NCBI GenBank assembly: GCA_934255545.1
Contig: CAKQOE010000003.1
Location: 24,813-88,812, forward strand
Length of the DNA stretch: 64,000 bases
Source: an uncultured Clostridia bacterium
GTDB lineage: Bacteria > Bacillota > Clostridia > Peptostreptococcales > Anaerovoracaceae
Direction of reading: 5' to 3'
Shown here: positions 38,791 through 47,800 of the stretch, piece by piece
Position numbering within the stretch: position 1 is the first letter of the stretch
Layout: each line of letters begins with the position of its first letter
Made by a program: the position numbers and the translations under genes
Notes under the pieces: model-generated
What the model was told of the DNA's origin: nothing
The model's input: the letters and a program-made list of their open reading frames with translations, nothing else
Databases searched by the model: none

Positions 38791-40503
38791 ATGGGGGATA
38801 AAATGGCGGAAGAACTGAAACTGCCGGTCGGTATAGAAAATTTCAGAGAGATAAGAGAGATGGGGTTCTACTATGTCGATAAAACAGGACTGATAGAAGA
38901 GCTCCTTGAACAGTGGGGAAAGGTAAATCTGTTTACAAGGCCGAGGCGCTTTGGCAAAACTCTTAATATGAGCATGTTAAAATATTTTCTTGAGATCGGT
39001 GCTGACAATACTCTGTTTGACGGACTTTATATATCTCAGAATGAAAAGCTTTGCGAACAGTATCTGGGAAAGTTTCCGGTTATTTTTATTACGTTGAAAA
39101 ATGTAGACGGGCTTACATTTGACGAAGCGCAATATCGCATGAAAGAGCTCATAGCAAAAGAAGCCGAACGCTTCAGTTTTCTGAAAGACAGTGCTAAACT
39201 TACAGAAAATGAAAAAAATGCATACAGGTCTGTTATTTCATTCCAGAATGGTCAGTATGCTATGGATGGAAAAAGTCTTGTATCATCATTACAGCTGCTG
39301 TCAGAGCTGTTAAGCAAGCATTACGGTAAGAAGACGGTCATTCTTATAGATGAGTATGATGTTCCGCTTGACAAAGCATTTGATCATGGGTATTACAAAG
39401 AAATGGTAGCACTTGTAAGAGGAGTGTTCGGTCAGGTGCTTAAAACAAATGATTCGCTTCAGTTCGCTGTACTGACAGGCTGTCTGAGAGTTTCAAAGGA
39501 AAGTATTTTTACAGGACTAAATAATTTTAAGGTGCTTTCGATCACTGATACTCGCTTTGATGAGCATTTTGGGTTCACAGATCAGGATGTGAGAGATCTG
39601 CTGAAGGCGTATCATCTTGAATCGCATATTAAAGAAATAAAAGAGTGGTATGACGGATACCGTTTCGGCCGTGCTGATATTTATTGCCCATGGGATGTTA
39701 TCAATCATGTTGACAGACTGCGCAGTGATCCTGAAGCTGAGCCGCAGGCGTACTGGATAAATACCAGCAGTAATGACCTTGTAAGGCGTTTCATAGATAA
39801 AGCGGATCAGACTACGAAGGATGAGATAGAGCGTTTGATGGAAGGCGAGACTATCGAAAAGCAAATAAGGCTCGACCTGACATATGACGAGATAGACAGC
39901 AGCATAGAAAATCTCTGGAGCGTGCTGTTTACAACAGGTTATCTTACACTGACGGACAGACCGCAGCGCGGAGTATACAGGCTGAAGATCCCTAATGAAG
40001 AGATACGTGAAGTTTATGAGCATACGATAAAGCAGCTGTTCAAAGATATCGTTCTGAACGATGTGGATGAGCTTAGAAAGTTCTGGAGGGCTTTTACCGA
40101 AGGAAACGCTCAGGAAATAGAAAAACGGCTGTCGAAAATGTTGAGCCGTACCATAAGCATATACGATGTGAAGAAAAATGACGGCGAGAGCTTTTATCAC
40201 GCGTTTCTTGCAGGAATACTTGTCGGTAACGCGGCCTGGGGCGTGGTATCAAACAGAGAAGGCGGCGACGGGCGCCCTGATATTATCGTAAAAACAGAAG
40301 ACCAGGATGCGGGCATCATAATAGAGCTGAAAAGAGCAGACTCATTTTCTGACCTTGACGATAAATGCCGTAAAGCACTGGATCAGATACGTGAGCGAAG
40401 ATATGACGAGTACCTGAGAAATGAAGGAAGAAACGACATATGGGTTTATGGTATAGCTTTTTATAAAAAACGCTGCAGAGTTATTGCAGAAAAATTAAAA
40501 TAA
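38791..40503 (+). CDS. predicted AAA-ATPase with C-terminal PD-(D/E)XK nuclease-like domain (DUF1703-type)
   Basis: 570 aa. Conserved N-terminus GIENFREIREMGFYYVDKTGLIEELL...RPRRFGKTLNMSMLKYF characteristic of this family. C-terminal D...E.K-like segment (GRPDIIVKTEDQDAGIIIELK). Confidence 0.65.
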   Translation: MGDKMAEELKLPVGIENFREIREMGFYYVDKTGLIEELLEQWGKVNLFTRPRRFGKTLNMSMLKYFLEIGADNTLFDGLYISQNEKLCEQYLGKFPVIFITLKNVDGLTFDEAQYRMKELIAKEAERFSFLKDSAKLTENEKNAYRSVISFQNGQYAMDGKSLVSSLQLLSELLSKHYGKKTVILIDEYDVPLDKAFDHGYYKEMVALVRGVFGQVLKTNDSLQFAVLTGCLRVSKESIFTGLNNFKVLSITDTRFDEHFGFTDQDVRDLLKAYHLESHIKEIKEWYDGYRFGRADIYCPWDVINHVDRLRSDPEAEPQAYWINTSSNDLVRRFIDKADQTTKDEIERLMEGETIEKQIRLDLTYDEIDSSIENLWSVLFTTGYLTLTDRPQRGVYRLKIPNEEIREVYEHTIKQLFKDIVLNDVDELRKFWRAFTEGNAQEIEKRLSKMLSRTISIYDVKKNDGESFYHAFLAGILVGNAAWGVVSNREGGDGRPDIIVKTEDQDAGIIIELKRADSFSDLDDKCRKALDQIRERRYDEYLRNEGRNDIWVYGIAFYKKRCRVIAEKLK

Positions 40504-40517
40504 TAGGACATCTTAGA

Positions 40518-40592
40518 TACTGCCTAAAGCTGAAGCGGAGCACAATGCACTGAAGAAGCTTAGGGCAGTATTTTTTTGCGCGCCCGGCGCGC
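40518..40592 (+). repeat. composite hairpin element (terminator plus GCGCGC palindrome), downstream copy
   Basis: atactgcctaaagct...agggcagtattttttt then gcgcgcccggcgcgc. Functions as a terminator for the AAA-ATPase gene. Confidence 0.6.
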
Positions 40593-40737
40593 TCCACACA
40601 ATATGTTTAGAAAAAACATAATTATTTTTTTATCGTAGCAGTGCAATGACAAGTTCATTTTATCAGTGCTCAGTAACATTATAGAGAAAATATACTATAT
40701 TATTTCTTAAAATTTCATTAGTAATAATACGTAGCTC

Positions 40738-40768
40738 TTGATTTTTTAGGGGGGGGGTAGCGTATAAT
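40738..40768 (+). promoter_or_regulatory. sigma-A-type promoter with G9 homopolymer in the spacer
   Basis: TTGATT (40738-40743), 19-nt spacer containing G9 (40749-40757), TATAAT (40763-40768). About 95 nt upstream of the SLH protein start. Confidence 0.5.
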
Positions 40769-40863
40769 GGGATTAATTTATGGCATAAAGATTGCATATT
40801 CAAAATTATTTTGAATATTTTATTCTTTATGCGTAAATTTACATGCGAAGAGGAGGAATTTAT

Positions 40864-41724
40864 ATGAAACGTAAAACATTTGCAACTTTACTTTGCCTGT
40901 GTATGGCTGTTTCAATGACAACTGCGTCAGTATTTGCCGCAGATACTGGATCAACTCAGCCAACGACAACACCGACAACATCAACAACACCGACGACACC
41001 GACAACGCCGACAACGCCGACAACACCGACGACACCAACAACGCCGACAACGCCGACGACGCCGACAACACCGACGACGCCGACAACACCAGCAACACCG
41101 ACAACACCGGGTGGTGGCGGTCATCACAGTGGCGGTGGCAGCGGCAGTAGCAGCAGTAGTGGTGGTAGTAGTACTACTACCACACCTACTACAGAGAAGA
41201 ATTTCTCTGATGTATCTGCAGGAAGTTACTACTATGAGGCTGTTAAGTGGGCTAGTAAGCTTGGTATCGTAGAGGGTACTACTAATACTACATTTGCGCC
41301 AAATGATAATTGCACTCGCGCACAGATGGTTACGTTCCTGTGGAGACAGGCTGGAAGTCCAAAGGCTGCATCTGCAAAAAATCCATTTAGCGATGTTTCT
41401 GAAAATGCTTATTATTATGATGCTGTGATATGGGCTGTAGAAAATGGAATTACTAATGGTGTGACAGAGACTACATTTGCGCCAAATGATAAAGTAACTC
41501 GTGCTCAGACAGTTACGTTCCTTCATCGTAAAGATAAGTCTCCAAATGTAAACGGTACACTTAAATTTAATGATGTTCAGATGAACAGTTTCTATGCAAA
41601 AGCAGTTATCTGGGCGACTGAAGCTGGTATTACCAATGGCACTACAGCTACAACTTTTGATCCAAATGACCCATGTACACGTGCACAGATAGTTACGTTC
41701 ATGTATCGTAATAGCGCAAAATAA
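40864..41724 (+). CDS. secreted SLH-domain protein with (TTPTTP)n repeat linker
   Basis: Signal peptide MKRKTFATLLCLCMAVSMTTASVFA after RBS GAGGAGG. Thr/Pro repeat region. Gly/Ser-rich segment. Three SLH-like repeats (FSDVSAGSYYYEAVKWA..., FSDVSENAYYYDAVIWA..., FNDVQMNSFYAKAVIWA...). Confidence 0.7.
   Translation: MKRKTFATLLCLCMAVSMTTASVFAADTGSTQPTTTPTTSTTPTTPTTPTTPTTPTTPTTPTTPTTPTTPTTPTTPATPTTPGGGGHHSGGGSGSSSSSGGSSTTTTPTTEKNFSDVSAGSYYYEAVKWASKLGIVEGTTNTTFAPNDNCTRAQMVTFLWRQAGSPKAASAKNPFSDVSENAYYYDAVIWAVENGITNGVTETTFAPNDKVTRAQTVTFLHRKDKSPNVNGTLKFNDVQMNSFYAKAVIWATEAGITNGTTATTFDPNDPCTRAQIVTFMYRNSAK
40966..41100 (+). repeat. tandem 18-nt coding repeat (acaccgacgacgccgaca-type) encoding TTPTTP units
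   Basis: Direct reading of the sequence: seven or more near-identical ccgacaac(a/g)ccgac(a/g)ac units. Confidence 0.8.
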
Positions 41725-41843
41725 AGTTCTGGCAGATTTTTAAAATCATTATGAACAGTGAGAGGATATGGAGTTGGGCAAAGTGTTCAGCTCCATATTT
41801 GTTATATGACGCAATTACTTTATGAAAGGATCATTAATAGGCT

Positions 41844-44800
41844 ATGAGATTAAAGAAAATCAAACCGAAAAAGGTACTTTCACTTGTGTTATCATGCGCC
41901 TTAATTTCATCTTTGATAACACCTGCGGCTTTTGCAGCAGTGAAAAAAGTGATGCCGCCTGATGGCAAAGTACTTATCTCTCAAACGGATCATAAATTAG
42001 CTAATGGTGTTACTGAATCAGATGTATTTTTAAATGAAGCCAGTGGTAATGCACAGATCGCAGGCTATATGCTGACTGTTGAGCCAGATTCGCAGGCGAC
42101 TTTTAAAGCTTCTTACAGGAATTATTATACAGATGGAAGTACGATCGACAGCCGAAAGAATAATGCAAAAAACTTGAAGTGGGGACTTGAGTCTACCACT
42201 GATCAGGCTGCTGATTATGAGCGTGCTACAGGTGGCAATGTGATCGCCGCTATTAATGGTGATTATTATAATATGCAGACCGGACAGCCATTAGGTTATC
42301 TGATTATGGAAGGAAATCTTGTTCAGAAAAATAATGGCAGCTCGAATGAGCCGTACTTTGCAGTTTTAAAGGATGGTAGTTTTGCAATCAGAGAACCTGG
42401 AACGGATTGCTCTGATGTTCAGGAAGCGATATCTGGTCCGTTTTACCTTGTTCACGACGGTCAAATAGTTGTTGATCCCAATAATACTGACCTGATGCCG
42501 AGGAATTCAATTGGTGTTAAGGAAGATGGTACAGTAGTAACTTTTGTGGCAGATGGACGTCAGTACCCATATTCAGTAGGAATGAGTATATACGACCTGG
42601 CATGCTATTATGAAAAACAAGGTGTAGAAAACGCAATATATTTGGATGGAGGAGGATCAGCTACATTTGCTTCAAAGCGTGAAGGTACAAATAAACTTGA
42701 GATCCGCAACAGTCCTTCTGATGGAGTAGAACGTACTGTTTCAAGCGCGCTGCTGCTGGTCTCAACTGCAGATAAGGATGGTAAATTTGATCATGCTTCT
42801 GTAGAACCAAATAATCAGTTGTATACACCGGGAAGTACTGTACAGTTCTCTGCTTCTGGAGTTGATGCAGCAGGTGGTCCTGCTGATCTTCCGGATGATA
42901 TTAAATGGACACTTAAAGAAGATAGCTGTGGTAATATTGATAAAAATGGTTTATTTACTCCTGCAAAAGACTATCGCGGTAATGTAGAGGTACAGTTATT
43001 ATATGAAAATAATGTGATCGGTTCCACTGATGTCACAATTGCAGATGTTACAGATATTTCATTTACAGGTGATTCTGCTTCTTTAGATTTTGGCGCGGAG
43101 TCTGATCTTGGTTTAACTGTTAAGAGCAATGGCCGTGATATTATATACAAAAATGGTGACTTTATCTGGTCAGTTACACCTGAAGATATTGGATCAGTTG
43201 AAAATAACATTTTTACTGCTGCAGGAGGAACTAATACTTTGACAGGCAATGTCAAGGTTTCATATGTATATGATGATAGTATAGCCGATTCTATTTCAGT
43301 CGAAATAGGTAAGATGCCTGAAGTCCTTATAGATTTTGAACCTGATGAGAACGGACCGCTGACGGGTGCTCATTATCATTGGGGCAAAGAGGATTTCGTG
43401 AAGGCAGGTATTACAGAAGGTTATAGTGGAAGTGTTTCTCCTGTTGAGGTAATAACCAGTGGTGCGTATTCTGACAACCCTGTTCACAGTATGCTGGAAG
43501 CTCCTTTCATTTTTACAGGAAACTGGGATACTGCTGTTCCTGCGGCGGACATTTTCCGGGCTAACGGTTACACTTTCTATTTATGGCCTAATAATTCTAT
43601 TACTACTTACAATGTAGGCACTGTAAAAACATCTACCGAGGAAGAAGGCGGTCATGTTCGATTCGGTGACTATTCGCTGGAATTGAACTATGATTATTCT
43701 TCTTATAATGGTACAAGCAACAGTAATTTTTATCTCAGATACTGTGGTGAGCAGAAGAAGATCGAAGGTTATCCGACTCAGATCGGCGTTTGGGTATATG
43801 TACCGGAAGGCTCTTGGAAATATTCAATGTATGCAGATCTGGTGTATTGGAATGGATCTGATTATTCAACTAAGAATTTTAAACTTTATCATGCTAAAAA
43901 CGGCGATACAAGTGATACGAGTGAAGGCAATATAACTACAGAGACAGACTGGAGCGGATGGCGTTATTGCTATGCAGATGTAGGGGAATTTTTTGCATCA
44001 TATCAGAACGCGGAACATCCTATAAGCATAATTCCGGGTCAGGGATTATTCTGGTTATCATATCAGCCTGGTGGAGATTCTGAATTTAAGGGACGTAAGA
44101 ACGGTTCTGTATTTTACGATAATTATCGTGTTGTATACGGCACTAATCTTGATGACCTGGATAATCCTATGATTGACAGCATAACTGTTAATGATAAGTC
44201 TTTAGAAGAGGACAGCAGCACAGTTATCGATGCTAATACTATTGAGATCGAGACAAAATATCATGATGTCGATGGTAATAATAAGTCCGGTATCAATGCC
44301 AGTGCAACAGTGATACTTATTGACGGCAAGGAAATGACAGCTGATAAAGCTGATGACATTGCACTCAGCAGGCTTGAAATGACTAACGGACATCATGTAG
44401 TTACTGTGAGAGTATATGATAATTTTGGAAATGCAGCTGAAATGACAAGAGGTTTCACTGTTTACAACGGTGATGAAGACAAGACGTCTACTGTTTCTAT
44501 CTTAGGTGACGATTTTGTACCTTTGGGCGGTGAATATACACTTAAGGTAATTTCTACTGAAGATATCCAAAGCGTATATATGATCCTGTCAAATCTTAAT
44601 TCTGATATTGGTGAACCTGAAGTAAAGCCTAGCGATGGATGGAAAGTAACCCAGCAAGAATATAAGAACACAGGCTTCAAAAAAGCATCTCTTACTCTAA
44701 AATTGGAGAAAAAAGAGACTTCAAGTCTCATGATGCGCATAAAACGGAAACTTGATGATCTTTTAACTAAAGATCTGGCAGAGATCACATTCCATATCGA

Positions 44801-47800
44801 CAAGAATATGGATACTACTGTCAATTCATTCACATATACACCTGCAAGCATAATGTACATTGGCAAAGATGGCGTGGAAAAGACTGCGGCTTTACCTGCA
44901 GTCAAGTATGAATTGTCTGCTTATTATACATTGAAACCTGGAATCCAGGTCGAAGGGCAGAGCAGTATCATTACAGTTTTAAATAAAGATGGAACACCTG
45001 CTTCTGAAGTAACGATATATTTGAACGGAACAGAAATCGGTAAAACAGATGATTCAGGGCAACTTGAAACTGACGCCATGAAAGAAATGAAGGCTAATAC
45101 GGAGTACACTCTTACGGCAGATGGAAGTAAGGGTGTAGCAGAAGCTGTGAAGTCAACTGTGCTTGCTAATACATTTACAGACGAAGAACCTTTTAAGGCG
45201 ATACATCTGAATGCTTCAGAGAATGGATCTACAGATCAGAACATAAGCTTTTTAAGTGATCCGACAAGATCTGCTGCATCTGCATATGTAAAGTATCGTA
45301 TTGCTGATACAGGATCAGAGTGGCAGATAGTTTCAGGAAGTAGCACTTTAACTGATTTCAGCACCAGCAAAAATGCTGCGAGAGTCAATGCGATACATAT
45401 TACAGGATTAAAGCCAGAGACTAAATATGAATTTATGGTAGGCGATGGTGAAAAATGGTCTGAAATAAAAACGTTCAGTACGGTTACTGAAGCTGATGAT
45501 GCTGATACATCTTTCTTTGTTATGGGCGATACTCAGATGAGTGGAGATCAGGAAAGTGATGCTGATAAAGAAGCTCTGAAGATCATGCAGGATCTGAGCA
45601 GTATTCTTAAAGGCAAAAAAGTAGATTTTGGCTTACAAACTGGCGATTATGTAGATAATGGCAGCAATCTTGCCATGTGGCAGGAAATGCAGGATGCGTT
45701 CAGTTCATGCTATCCTTCAACAGATATCATACATACTTTAGGCAACCATGAGTATTATGGAAATGCCACCGGTGATATTGCTAATAATATTTTACAACTT
45801 CCGGACAAAGATTATTATTCTGTAGAATATGGAAGCGTATATGTAGCTGTGATCAATAATTCTGCAGATCTTAATAAGGCATGTGAATGGCTCATAACTG
45901 ATGCTGCCAAGAGCAATTGTCAGTGGAAAGTACTGGCTGTACATCAGCCTCCTTACTATACCAATGCTAACGGCGGAAGTGAAAAATTTAACAAAATTAT
46001 TCCTGATGCAGCAGAGAAAGCAGGTATTAATGTTGTTTTCTCAGGGCATGATCATTCTTATGCCAGAACGCCTATGCTAAAGGATGGACAGGCAGTTGAA
46101 GAAAACGGTGTAGTATACTTTATATGCGGAGATCTGGGTGAAAAGTCCAGAAATGTAAACTACGCTATAACATCCGGTTTTAAATATGAACATGCCACAC
46201 AGGATTATACAGGCATTATGCTGTACGTTACAGCTGAAGATGGTACTATGTCTATCACTGCTTACGATAGCACTGGCGGAGGTAATATTTTAGACAGTGT
46301 AGTTCTTAATTCAGCATGCAAAGACGGTCACGATTACGAAATATATGACAATGATACGGGCAAGGTAGTCTGCAGTCGCTGTGGACATTCAGAAACACTT
46401 GAAAAATTGAAATATACTGGTTGGCTGTCTGTAAAGAATACAAATGATAAAATGTATTTTATCGATGGTAAGTATAAAACAGGCTGGTTTACTATCGGTA
46501 CTACTACGTACCATTTCTCAGATGAAGGTATAATGCATGAGACAACAACAGTAGATACACGTACCTGCACAAAGAGTGGCGCACTTGTAACTACATGTAA
46601 TGTATGTCATGCTCAGCAGTCAAGTCAGTCACTGTGGCCAGAAGGACATAACTGGGATAGTGAACACGTATGCACGAAATGCGGTACTGTCGGTAAGGAT
46701 ATTTCAAAGGCAGAATTGCAAGTATATAATGCTACGATGGATGATCCAAGAGCAGCTGTGGTAGCTACTTATGACAATACTAAGCTAACTCTTAAGAGCA
46801 GCCAGGTAAACTGTGATGGTTATGTGACATATTCAAATAATGCAGGTGTTGGCGTTGGTACAGTTACTATTACAGGTGAGGGAGACTTTTACGGTACAGT
46901 TTCTGCAAGCTATAAAATTACACCAGGAGTTGTAAAGAGTGTGACTGTTGGTACAGTTACACGCAACAGCATAGACCTTAATTGGTCTGAAAGTAAGGGC
47001 GCAACGAAATATCGTGTGGAGATCAGTAAAGATGGTGGATCCACATGGTCATCTGTGAGATATACTTCTGATAACAAGATGACAGTTACTGGACTGGAGA
47101 CGGGTGTTTCGTACGCATTCAGATTATATGGTTATACATACATTGGTGATGTGTGCTACAGTGCACCACACTATTCTTCTGTAGTTACTGCAATTACGGA
47201 AAGCAATAAGGAACCGTCTACTCAGGATCATATTTCAAATATCATTGCAAAAGTTTCAGGTGCAGATCTGTCTATGCAGTTAGTTGATGGTACAGCATAT
47301 CTGTTCCTACCTTCTTATGCTGATATGACACAATTACCTTTAACATTTACTATGCGTGATATTGAAACAGATAGAGTGACATTAAGCGGTGATGCAGGAA
47401 ATGTAATATTAGATAGCCTTTCAGATACAGTGAATATGACTGAGATCACTGGTGATAAGGGTGGCCGCATGATGGTACAGATAGATGGACTCAGTGCAAT
47501 GCCTGTATATGTCATGCATTCAGATAATATTTCGTCGATGTATATTACAAGTGATGATCCTGAAAATAAGGGCAGAGAATTTGTAGATGCAAGTAAATCA
47601 AACAAGGCAACTGCTCAGATGAAGCTGATCAGCGAAGATGGCACTGTAATTTACGATGATGCAATGTCGCAGTTAAAAGCTCGAGGCAATACAACTTTCG
47701 TAAACGCAGAAAAGAAGTCTTATCAAATCAAATTGAAAAATAAGACTGACCTTATAGAATGCGGTGAAAAAAACAAGACATGGGTACTGCTTGCCGGTTA

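Noticed and set aside
40893-41526. Overlapping alternative-frame ORFs (85, 112 and 181 aa) inside the SLH protein gene
   Set aside because: Generated by the (acaccgacgacgccgaca)n tandem repeat. The translations are poly-R/Q or poly-C/R low complexity. The in-frame TTPTTP reading, with signal peptide and SLH domains, is the real gene.
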